Below, piece after piece: positions 1 to 9,845 of a stretch of 64,000 bases of DNA. The stretch is taken from positions 448,001 to 512,000 of the forward strand of contig CAVQSP010000014.1 of the NCBI GenBank assembly GCA_963715985.1, given 5' to 3'. The number at the start of each line of letters is the position of its first letter. The stretch's first letter is position 1. Both the position numbers and the translations under genes were made by a program. This stretch comes from an uncultured Thermoleophilia bacterium. Lineage in GTDB: Bacteria > Actinomycetota > Thermoleophilia > UBA2241. The notes under the pieces are model-generated. The model saw nothing but the letters and a program-made list of their open reading frames with translations. It did no database searches and had not been told where the DNA came from.

Positions 1-735
1 ACCAAGACCAACCTCGAGGCCGCGCACGAGGTGGTGCGCCAGCTGCGCCTGCGGGACATCGGCGGCATCATCATCATCGACTTCATCGACATGGCGCACG
101 CCGCCAACCGTGAGATGGTGCTGGCCACGCTTGAGGCCCAGCTCGAGACGGACCGCACCAAGACGTATGTGGTCGAGCTCTCTCCGCTGGGCCTCGTCGA
201 GATGACGCGCCAGAACACCACCGACGGCGCCCGCGGCATCCTCACGCGCAGCTGCCCGGTGTGTGCGGGCAAGGCGCGGGTGTTCAGCGACGAGACCATG
301 GCACTCAACGTGGAGCGCCGCGTGCGCGCGCTGGCGCGCAAGTCGCAGGCCAAGGCCTGGCTCATCGAGATCAACGGCGGCGTGGCCGAGCGGCTCATCG
401 GTCAGCGCCTCAAGAAGCTCGAGAAGCAGACGGGGCGGCGGATCTTCTTCGAAGGCGCCGCCGCCCTGCCCGTGGACACCTTCCGCGTGATCGCGGAGGG
501 TACGGCCGCGCACGTGCAGGAGCAGCGCGTGCCGGTCAAGGAGGGCCAGGAGGTCGAGCTGGAGCTCGAGTTCAGCCTCACGTACAGCCCGCGCGACGCG
601 GTGGGCTACATCGACGGGTACATGGTGATCGTGGAGGGCGGGCGCCAGTTCCTCGGCCAGCGCCGCAAAGTGCGCGTCACCGGGACGGCTCGCACGGGGG
701 CTCAGGCCACCGCGCTGAAGCAGGGAGCGAATTGA
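1..735 (+). CDS. rng: Rne/Rng family ribonuclease, 3' part (5'-truncated by window), with C-terminal TRAM-like domain
   Basis: Motifs QLRLRDIGGIIIIDFIDM and LGLVEMTRQ, Zn-link CPVCAG; C-terminal DAVGYIDGYMVIVEGG resembles TRAM; lies upstream of rplU as usual. Confidence 0.92.
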   Translation, partial: TKTNLEAAHEVVRQLRLRDIGGIIIIDFIDMAHAANREMVLATLEAQLETDRTKTYVVELSPLGLVEMTRQNTTDGARGILTRSCPVCAGKARVFSDETMALNVERRVRALARKSQAKAWLIEINGGVAERLIGQRLKKLEKQTGRRIFFEGAAALPVDTFRVIAEGTAAHVQEQRVPVKEGQEVELELEFSLTYSPRDAVGYIDGYMVIVEGGRQFLGQRRKVRVTGTARTGAQATALKQGAN

Positions 736-760
736 CGGCCCACGCCTGATTGGCTATCAT
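732..760 (+). promoter_or_regulatory. Housekeeping sigma promoter for rplU-rpmA-obgE
   Basis: TTGACG(732-737)-N17-TATCAT(755-760). Confidence 0.7.
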
Positions 761-788
761 CAACGGCCGTTGTCTTCAGGGAGTTGAA

Positions 789-1131
789 ATGACCAAGTCC
801 GACGCTACATACGCGGTCATCCGCGTGGGCGGGCAGCAGTACAAGGTGAGCGCCGGCGACAGCATCGTCGTCGACCGCGTGGACGCCGAAGAGGGCAAGC
901 ACGTCACGTACCCCACCCTCGCGGTGCGTACCGACAGCGGCACGTTCGACGCCGACGCCGCCAAGCACGCCAAGGTCAAGGCCAAGGTCGAGGAGCACCT
1001 GCTCGGCGAGAAGATCAAGGTCTTCACCTACAAGCCCAAGAGCACGTTCAAGAAGACGAAGGGTCATCGCAGCCGTCTCAGCAAGCTGACGATCGAGTCG
1101 ATCACCCTCAGGGAGTCCAAGGAGAAGCCTG

Positions 1132-1142
<11 letters not shown>
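789..1142 (+). CDS. rplU: 50S ribosomal protein L21
   Basis: [13 protein letters not shown]...[10 protein letters not shown]...KGHRS; precedes rpmA. Confidence 0.97.
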
Positions 1143-2692
<1,550 letters not shown>

Positions 2693-2756
2693 GCGTCGGC
2701 AGCAGGGCCTCGGGCCCGCCTTGGGCCGGTCGCCGCCGGGGTCCGGCGGGCCGCTT

Positions 2757-2765
2757 TGCTACAAT
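2757..2765 (+). promoter_or_regulatory. Extended -10 promoter, probably leaderless proB transcript
   Basis: TGcTACAAT, with the hexamer ending 6 nt before GTG 2772; no obvious RBS. Confidence 0.6.
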
Positions 2766-2771
2766 CAGCGC

Positions 2772-3878
2772 GTGAAGACCATCGTCGTCAAAGTCGGCTC
2801 GAGCACCGTGGCCGACGATCAGCTGCACCTGCGCCGCCGCCTGCTCGCGGCGGTCGTGGCCGACATCGCGGGGCTCGTACACAGCGGGCGCCGCGTCGTG
2901 CTCGTCTCCAGCGGCGCCATCGCCTGCGGGCAGTTCGTGCTCGGCGTGGAGGAGCGCCCGCGCCAGGTGCCGGCCCTGCAGGCCGCATCCGCCGTGGGCC
3001 AGGGCCGCCTGTTCGCGCACTACGAGCGCCTCTTCTCCGACCACGAGCTGGTCGCCGCGCAGGTACTCCTCACGAGCGACGACTTCGCCCGGCGTCCCAG
3101 CTACGTCAACGCCCGCAACACGCTGCGCCGCCTGCTCGGCTGGGGCGTGGTGCCGATCATCAACGAGAACGACACCACCGCCACCGACGAGCTGCGCTTC
3201 GGCGACAACGACGTGCTGGCCGCGCAGGTGGCGATCATGCTGCGCGCCAACCTGCTCGTCCTGCTCACCGACCAGGACGGCTTGTACACCACCGACCCCC
3301 GCGAGGACGCACACGCGCGCCTCGTCGCGCGGGTCGAGCACCCCAGCGAGTTGGTCGCGCTGGACGTGGGGGAGGCGTCGCGCCGCGGTGCCGGAGGCAT
3401 GCGCGGCAAGGTCGCGGCGGCGGTCATGGCTACGGCCGCCGACGTGCGCACCGTGATCGCCAACGGCTCGCAGCCGGGCGTGCTGAGTGCGGCTGCCGCC
3501 GGCGAGCCCGTCGGCACCATGATCGCGCCGCGGCCGTCGGGGGTGTCCGCGTTCAAGCTGTGGCTCCGCTACGCCAAGCCGGTGCGTGGTACGCTTGAGG
3601 TCGACGAGGGAGCCGCGGCGGCCGTCGCCTTGCGCGGCGGCAGTCTGCTCCCCGTCGGTGTGAAGGCTGTGCACGGGGGGTTCGCGGCAGGGGACGTGGT
3701 CGCCATCGTGGGCCCCGACGGTGTCGAAGTCGCGCGGGGGATGTCCACGATGAACGCCCGCGACCTGAGGCGCGTGCGCGGCCTTCGCAGCGAGCAGCTG
3801 CGCGAGGTCAACCCGCAGCTCGAGGACGAGGTGGTGCACCGGGACGCCCTGGTGCTCGTGGGCGAGGAGGTCGAGTGA
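2772..3878 (+). CDS. proB: Glutamate 5-kinase with PUA domain
   Basis: VVKVGSS, VSSGA, NENDT, FGDND, GGMRGK motifs. Confidence 0.97.
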   Translation: MKTIVVKVGSSTVADDQLHLRRRLLAAVVADIAGLVHSGRRVVLVSSGAIACGQFVLGVEERPRQVPALQAASAVGQGRLFAHYERLFSDHELVAAQVLLTSDDFARRPSYVNARNTLRRLLGWGVVPIINENDTTATDELRFGDNDVLAAQVAIMLRANLLVLLTDQDGLYTTDPREDAHARLVARVEHPSELVALDVGEASRRGAGGMRGKVAAAVMATAADVRTVIANGSQPGVLSAAAAGEPVGTMIAPRPSGVSAFKLWLRYAKPVRGTLEVDEGAAAAVALRGGSLLPVGVKAVHGGFAAGDVVAIVGPDGVEVARGMSTMNARDLRRVRGLRSEQLREVNPQLEDEVVHRDALVLVGEEVE

Positions 3879-5122
3879 CCGTCGAACAGATATGTGCCGC
3901 GGCGCAGCGCGCGTCGCGCGTGCTCGCCGGCCTGACGCGGGCGCGCAAGGACGACGCCCTGCTTGCCGTGGCCGACGCGCTGGCGCGCCGCTCGGCCGAG
4001 ATCCTCGCGGAGAACGAAGAGGACCTGCTCATCGCCCGCAAGGAGCGGCTCGAAGCCTCGCTCATCGACCGCCTGCGCCTGGACGAGGACCGTCTGGCCG
4101 AGGTGGCCGTCGGCGTGCGCACGCTGGCCGCGCTCCCCGACCCGGTCGGCCAGCTCACCGACGGGTGGCGGCTGGACAACGGCGTCGAGCTGCGCAAGGT
4201 CCGCGTGCCGCTGGGCGTCGTCGCCGTGATCTACGAAGCCCGGCCCAACGTCACCGTGGACGCCGCCTGCCTGTGTCTCAAGACGGGCAACGCCGTGATC
4301 CTTCGTGGCGGCAGCGCCGCGCTGCACTCCAACCGCATCCTCTCCGAGGTGGTGCAGGGGGCCATGCTCGAGGTCGGCCTTCCGCGCGAGGCCGTGTCCT
4401 ACCTCACGCCGGACCGCCGCGAGCTGGACGAGCTGCTGCAGCAGCGCCGCTACGTTGATCTCGTCATCCCGCGCGGCGGCGAGCAGCTCAAGGACTACCT
4501 CATGGAGCACAGCAAGGTGCCGGTCATCTACGCCGCCGGCGGCAACTGCCACGTGTACGTGGACGCCTCCGGCGACATCGACAAGGCCGTGCCCATCATC
4601 GTCAATGCCAAGTGCCAGCGGCCGGGCGTCTGCAACGCGGCGGAGACGCTGCTGGTGCACCGCGACGCCGCCGTTGCGCTGCTGCCCCGCGTCGCGGAGG
4701 AGCTCCGGCGCCGCGACGTCGAGCTCGTGGTCGACAAGACGGCAGCAGAGATCATCGGCGACCCCGCGCTCAAGCGCGCCAACAAGACGCACTACGAGAC
4801 CGAGTTCCTCGCGCTCAAGCTCGCCGTGCGTGTGGTGGACTCGCTGGAGGAGGCGCTCGAGCACATCGCCACGTACGGCACGCGGCACTCCGAGGCCATC
4901 ATCACCGAGGACCTGGGCGCAGCACGTCGCTTCACCGCGGAGGTGGACGCGGCCTGCGTGTACGTCAACGCCTCCACGCGCTTCACCGACGGGGGGCAGT
5001 TCGGTCTCGGCGCCGAGATGGGCATCTCCACGCAGAAGCTTCACGTGCGCGGCCCGATCGCCCTCCAGGAGCTCACCTGCATCAAGTACGAGCTCTGGGG
5101 GGACGGACAGGTCCGCGGATAG
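3875..5122 (+). CDS. proA: Gamma-glutamyl phosphate reductase
   Basis: IYEARPNVT, CNAAETLLVH, VNASTRFTDGGQFGLGAEMGISTQKLHVRGP. Confidence 0.98.
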   Translation: MTVEQICAAAQRASRVLAGLTRARKDDALLAVADALARRSAEILAENEEDLLIARKERLEASLIDRLRLDEDRLAEVAVGVRTLAALPDPVGQLTDGWRLDNGVELRKVRVPLGVVAVIYEARPNVTVDAACLCLKTGNAVILRGGSAALHSNRILSEVVQGAMLEVGLPREAVSYLTPDRRELDELLQQRRYVDLVIPRGGEQLKDYLMEHSKVPVIYAAGGNCHVYVDASGDIDKAVPIIVNAKCQRPGVCNAAETLLVHRDAAVALLPRVAEELRRRDVELVVDKTAAEIIGDPALKRANKTHYETEFLALKLAVRVVDSLEEALEHIATYGTRHSEAIITEDLGAARRFTAEVDAACVYVNASTRFTDGGQFGLGAEMGISTQKLHVRGPIALQELTCIKYELWGDGQVRG

Positions 5123-5126
5123 TCCA

Positions 5127-5735
5127 GTGGGAGCCTCGCGGCCGCGTCTGGGCGTGATCGGTGGCAGCTTCGACCCGCCGCACATCGCACACCTCGTCAT
5201 CGCCTCCGAGGCCTGCTCCCAGCTCGGCCTCGAGCGGGTGCTCTTCGTGCCCGCCGCGGCGCCGCCTCACAAGACGTCGTCGCCCGTCTCCTCCGCGGAG
5301 GTCAGGCTCGACATGACGACGCTGGCCGTGGAGGACGACCTGCGCTTCACCGAGTCGGGTCTGGAGGTCGAGCGCGACCTCGTGTACACGCGCGACACGC
5401 TCGACGCCGTCGCGCAGCGGTTCCCCGGCCGCGACCTGGTGTTCATCATGGGCTCGGACTCTCTGGCGCAGATCGACTCGTGGCTCGACCCTGACGGCAT
5501 CTTCGAGAGGGCGACCGTCGCGGTCGCGCCGCGTCACGTGGACGCGGAGGACGTGATCAAGGCGGCGCAGAAGCGCTGGCCGGGCGGCCGCATCGTGCAT
5601 CTCGAGGCGCCACGCATCGCACTCTCATCGACCATCGTGCGCGAGCGCGTGGCAGCCGGCCGGCCGATCCGCTACCTGGTGCCGCCCGCGGTGGAGGCGT
5701 ACATCGTGGGACACCAGCTGTACGGGCACCGGTGA
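5127..5735 (+). CDS. nadD: Nicotinate-nucleotide adenylyltransferase
   Basis: GGSFDPPHIAH, FIMGSDS, SSTIVRER; synteny. Confidence 0.93.
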   Translation: MGASRPRLGVIGGSFDPPHIAHLVIASEACSQLGLERVLFVPAAAPPHKTSSPVSSAEVRLDMTTLAVEDDLRFTESGLEVERDLVYTRDTLDAVAQRFPGRDLVFIMGSDSLAQIDSWLDPDGIFERATVAVAPRHVDAEDVIKAAQKRWPGGRIVHLEAPRIALSSTIVRERVAAGRPIRYLVPPAVEAYIVGHQLYGHR

Positions 5736-6295
5736 TGGGCCGCGACGAAGCCGAGCGTCTCATCGCGGCGCGGCTCTCGGAGCGCCGCCGCGCGCATTCG
5801 CACAGGGTCGCGGCCGAGGCCGTGGTGCTGGCGGCGCGGTTCGGGGCTTCGGCGGAGGCGGCCGAACTGGCGGGCCTGCTGCACGACTACTGCCGCGAGC
5901 TGAGCGACGAAGAGATGCTGGGCGCCGCCGCCCGGTACGGCATCACCGTAGGACCCGTGGAGGCGCGGCGCCCCAAGCACATCCTGCACGGCCCGGTGGC
6001 CGCCGCCGAGCTCGCGGAGGCCGGCCTGCAGCCGGACGTGGCGCGGGCCATAGCCCTGCACACCGTCGGCGGCGCCGGCATGACCGTGCTGGACAGGTGC
6101 GTCTACCTGGCCGACTTCCTCGAACCGGGGCGCGACTTCTCGGGAGTTCAGGAGGTCCGCGCCCTGGCCCTGACGTCGCTGGACGACGCCGTAGCGGCAG
6201 CCACGCGGATCACGCTGCTCGACCTCATCGAGCGGGGGCGCGGGGTGGTTCCCGAGGCTCTGGCGATGTACAACGAGAGCCATGCCGCACGCTAA
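5732..6295 (+). CDS. yqeK: HD-domain Ap4A hydrolase (YqeK family)
   Basis: HSHRV, LLHD, LHG, HTVG, YLADFLEPGR; follows nadD. Confidence 0.88.
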   Translation: MMGRDEAERLIAARLSERRRAHSHRVAAEAVVLAARFGASAEAAELAGLLHDYCRELSDEEMLGAAARYGITVGPVEARRPKHILHGPVAAAELAEAGLQPDVARAIALHTVGGAGMTVLDRCVYLADFLEPGRDFSGVQEVRALALTSLDDAVAAATRITLLDLIERGRGVVPEALAMYNESHAAR

Positions 6296-7451
6296 GCAGG
6301 GGTACCGCGTCGATCGACTGCGCCGCCGGCGCAGCGGCAAGACGCGGCGGGTGCAGTCCTGGGTCCTCTACGTCCTCGCCGCGGTCGTGGCCTTCGGCGC
6401 CGTGCTGGGCGCGTGGTACGTCGCCACCACCTGGCTCGGGTCGTCCCCTCCGGCGAGGCCCGCGGGCTATCTCACGCTGCTCACGCTGACGGCGCCGGAC
6501 TCCGGCAAGCCGGAGGCGGCGGCGCTGGTGGTCAAGGACCCGTCGAGCGGGACGAGCGCCCTCTACGTGGTGCCCCGGGACCTCCTGCTCGAGGGGCCCA
6601 ACGGCGAGTACGTCTTCGCCGAGGATGCCATGGCAGCCGGCACACTTCAGGCCGACCTCGAGCGCGTGATCAAGGCGCCCATCGATGCGGCGTACCGGCT
6701 GCCGGCGCGAGCGCTCGGTGAGCTGGCCGGCGCGGACACGCTGCGGCTCGCGTTCACCGACCCCGCGAGCGTGCAGGCGGACGGCGCGGAGCGCAGCTTC
6801 GAGGACGGTTCCATGGTGACGACGGCGGAGCTCCCTGCGCTGTTCGCGGCCGACGGCGCCACGGGGTTCGACGCGTCGCGCGTGCAGGAGGCCCTTTGGT
6901 CGGCCGTTCTCGAAGCGGCGGCGCTGCGCCCCGAACAGGCGCTGGCGAAGGCAAGGACCGCGGCCGCGGCGCGCGCCACGGGCGACGCCGACACGTGGTA
7001 TCTGGACGAGTCGCTCAAGGCACTCACGTCCGGCGACGCCCCGGTGGCGCGCTTCCCCTCGGACTCTCGTGTGGCCGAGGGCCAGTTCGCGTTTCTCCCC
7101 AACGGCGACCAGGTGATGGCCCAGCTCACGCGCAAGGCTCCCAGCTACGCCAGCAAGTACACGGTGCAGGTGCAGAACGGCACCGGCCAGGTGGGCGTCG
7201 GCCGGGCCGTCGCCGACAGGCTCGCGGTGCTCGACGTCAACCTGCCCCCGGTGGTGAACGCGGACACCTTCGACTACCGGCAGACGCGGATCCTGGCCGG
7301 CGAGGACGCGCTGCCGGTGGCCCAGGAGGTCCGTGCTATACTCGGCCGCGGTGTCGTCCTGGACGGCGCCGACCTGCCGGCGGACACCATCGTCGTGATC
7401 GTCGGTGCCGACACCAAGCTCACTGAGCCTCCGGCAAAGGACGAGCAGTAG
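6282..7451 (+). CDS. Membrane-anchored LCP-like protein with LytR C-terminal domain
   Basis: Basic N-terminus, one TM helix, VPRD motif, C-terminal VQVQNGTGQVGVG...NAD...VVIVGAD. Confidence 0.7.
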   Translation: MPHAKQGYRVDRLRRRRSGKTRRVQSWVLYVLAAVVAFGAVLGAWYVATTWLGSSPPARPAGYLTLLTLTAPDSGKPEAAALVVKDPSSGTSALYVVPRDLLLEGPNGEYVFAEDAMAAGTLQADLERVIKAPIDAAYRLPARALGELAGADTLRLAFTDPASVQADGAERSFEDGSMVTTAELPALFAADGATGFDASRVQEALWSAVLEAAALRPEQALAKARTAAAARATGDADTWYLDESLKALTSGDAPVARFPSDSRVAEGQFAFLPNGDQVMAQLTRKAPSYASKYTVQVQNGTGQVGVGRAVADRLAVLDVNLPPVVNADTFDYRQTRILAGEDALPVAQEVRAILGRGVVLDGADLPADTIVVIVGADTKLTEPPAKDEQ

Positions 7452-7468
7452 CACTCGAGACTGAGCTC

Positions 7469-7814
7469 ATGACGGCCGAGATGCTGGCGCGAGAGATCGC
7501 CGCCCGCGCCGCCGACAAGAAGGCCGACGACCTGGTCGTGCTCGCCATGGGCGACGCGGTGAGCTACACCGACTTCTTCGTGCTCGCCACGGGCGCCAAC
7601 GTGCGTCAGACGCGGGCCATCGCCGACGAGATCCAGCTCAGGCTCAAGCCGCGCCGTCCCGGCACGCGTGGAAGGCGAGCGTGAGGGCGAGTGGATCCTG
7701 CTTGACTTCATCGACGTGGTCGTGCATGTATTCACACCTGCGGCGCGGGACTTCTACAGGCTCGAGGCCCTTTGGGGCGACGTGCCCCGTCTCGCGCTGG
7801 AGGTGCAGGGTTGA
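7469..7814 (+). CDS. rsfS: Ribosome silencing factor (frameshift near 7660, likely sequencing error)
   Basis: DKKADDL...TDFFVLATG then, in the next frame, [14 protein letters not shown]...[12 protein letters not shown]. Confidence 0.9.
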
Positions 7815-7870
7815 GCGGCCCGGTGACGAATCCAGAGCACCAACGTCCCACGCGCCAGGAGCGGAGCGGC

Positions 7871-8374
7871 ATGCGAAGCAGACTCGTCAGGATCTTCGTG
7901 CTGGCGGCGGTGGTGCTTGCCGTCGCCGCGGCGACGGCACTGCCGGCGGCCGCCTCGACTCGCGACGACTACCGGGCCGCGATCCTGAAGCTCATCGCCG
8001 CGGAGCGGGCCCAGCACGGCCTTCCGGCCCTGCACGTGGACGCGGCTCTGAGCCGGGCGGCCCTCGGTCACGCCCGCGACATGGTCCGCCGCGACTACTT
8101 CTCGCACACGTCCCCCGGAGGGGCAGGGTGCGGCGACCGCGCGCGCCGGGCCGGGTACCGCGCCTCGGCGGTGGGCGAGGTCATCGCCGTCGGGGGGGAT
8201 TGGAAGGGCACGCCGGAACAGGTGTTCAAAGGGCTGATGAACTCTCCTTCCCACCGCGCCGTGATCCTCTGCAGCCGCTGGCGCGATGTGGGTGTGGCCG
8301 CCGTGCAGGGTCGCTACCGCGGCTTCGACGGCGCGCTCATGTACGTCGTGGACTTCGGGCGCCGCTCGCGCTGA
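7871..8374 (+). CDS. Secreted CAP/SCP-domain protein
   Basis: Signal peptide, ERAQHGLPAL, HARDM..RDYFSH, GEVIA, MNSPSHRA. Confidence 0.85.
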   Translation: MRSRLVRIFVLAAVVLAVAAATALPAAASTRDDYRAAILKLIAAERAQHGLPALHVDAALSRAALGHARDMVRRDYFSHTSPGGAGCGDRARRAGYRASAVGEVIAVGGDWKGTPEQVFKGLMNSPSHRAVILCSRWRDVGVAAVQGRYRGFDGALMYVVDFGRRSR

Positions 8375-8459
8375 GACGTCCCGGCGCGGCGTGGCGCAGC
8401 CCGCCGCCGCGCCTCCTTCCGCGTCCGTCCCGCGGTGCCCTTCACTCCCGCTCCGGTGA

Positions 8460-8507
8460 TTGCGTGTGCGTCCGCTGCGGGAGTACAATACGAACATATG
8501 TTCGTAT
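8460..8507 (+). promoter_or_regulatory. dinB promoter with LexA (SOS) box
   Basis: TTGCGT-N18-TACAAT(8484-8489); perfect 20-bp palindrome ATACGAACATATGTTCGTAT (8488-8507) containing CGAAC-N4-GTTCG. Confidence 0.9.
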
Positions 8508-9742
8508 CACAGAGAGCCATCCTGCACCTCGATATGGACGCCTTCTTCGCCTCGGTCGAGCAGGCGCGGCGCCCTGAGCTGCGCGGCCTGCCGGTCGTCG
8601 TCGGCGGCGAGCGCGGCGGCCGCGGCGTGGTCTCCGCCTGCTCCTACGAGGCGCGCGTCTTCGGCGTGCACAGCGCCATGCCCATCTTCCAGGCCGAGCG
8701 CCTCTGCCCGCGCGCCGTCTTCCTGCCGGTCGACATGAAGGCCTATCTCGCCGTGCACCGCGGCGTGGTCGGGCTGCTGGGGCAGTACACCGACCTCGTC
8801 GAGGTCGCCTCCATCGACGAGGCCTACCTGGACGTCACCGGCAGCCGCCGGCTCTTCGGGCCGCCGCGGGCCATCGCCCACCGCATCCAGGAGCAGGTGT
8901 ACGACGCCCACGGCGTCACCTGCTCCATCGGCCTCGGGCCCACCAAACTGCTGGCCAAGCTGGCCGCCGGCCTCAACAAGCCGGCCGGCATCGGCGAGCT
9001 CACGGACGCCGATGTCCACGGCCGCCTGCGCGAGCTGCCCGTGGGCGAGGTCTGCGGCATCGGCCCGGTCACGCAGGAGCGGCTCGCCGCCCTGGGCCTC
9101 ACCACGGTCGGCATGCTGCAGGACGTGCCCTTCCCGCTGCTCGCGGCGGCGTTCGGACGCGGCGCCCACGGCCTGCGCCAGCTCTCCCTGGGGCGCAGTC
9201 TCTCGCCGGTGCGCAGCGAGCGGCCGCTGCCCAAGTCGGTCGGCCGCGAGGTCACCTTCGCCGACGATACCAACGACCTCGATCTGCTGCGCGCCACCCT
9301 GCTCTCACTGGCCGACAGCGCCGTCGACGAGCTGCGGCGCAAGGGCCTGGCGGCGCGCACGGTGGCGCTCAAAGTGCGCTTCAACACGTTCCACACCGTC
9401 GGCCGGCGCCGCACGCTGGCGCGCCCGGCCAGCGCCACGCGTCCCATCCACGAGGCGGCCACGGAGCTCCTCGACGAGCTCGCCGTCGGCGCCCGCTGGG
9501 TGCGGCTCGTGGGCGTGAGCCTCAGCAACCTCACGCACAACGCCTTCCAGCTCACGCTGGACGAGGGCTGGCGCGAGGTCGCCCTCGGCGAGGCGGTCGA
9601 CCGCGTGCGCGCCAAGTACGGGTTCAAGGCGCTCACCCTGGCCGGCGGCGCCCTCTCAGGGGGCCGCTACGCACACCCCAGCCCGGCTCTCGCCTTCCAC
9701 CCCGGCGGGCCGGGCTCGGTCGCGCTCACGCACGGCACGTAG
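8498..9742 (+). CDS. dinB: DNA polymerase IV (Y family)
   Basis: HLDMDAFFASVE, CSYEAR, SIDEAYLD, KLLAKLA. Confidence 0.95.
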   Translation: MFVSQRAILHLDMDAFFASVEQARRPELRGLPVVVGGERGGRGVVSACSYEARVFGVHSAMPIFQAERLCPRAVFLPVDMKAYLAVHRGVVGLLGQYTDLVEVASIDEAYLDVTGSRRLFGPPRAIAHRIQEQVYDAHGVTCSIGLGPTKLLAKLAAGLNKPAGIGELTDADVHGRLRELPVGEVCGIGPVTQERLAALGLTTVGMLQDVPFPLLAAAFGRGAHGLRQLSLGRSLSPVRSERPLPKSVGREVTFADDTNDLDLLRATLLSLADSAVDELRRKGLAARTVALKVRFNTFHTVGRRRTLARPASATRPIHEAATELLDELAVGARWVRLVGVSLSNLTHNAFQLTLDEGWREVALGEAVDRVRAKYGFKALTLAGGALSGGRYAHPSPALAFHPGGPGSVALTHGT

Positions 9743-9845
9743 ACGGGGCCCCTGTGCTAGACTTCATCCTTCCGACAGGAGACGACCGGTCTCTCGCGCG
9801 CCCGCGCGCGCGTCGCCGGCGAGACGACACACGAGGAGATCCCGG

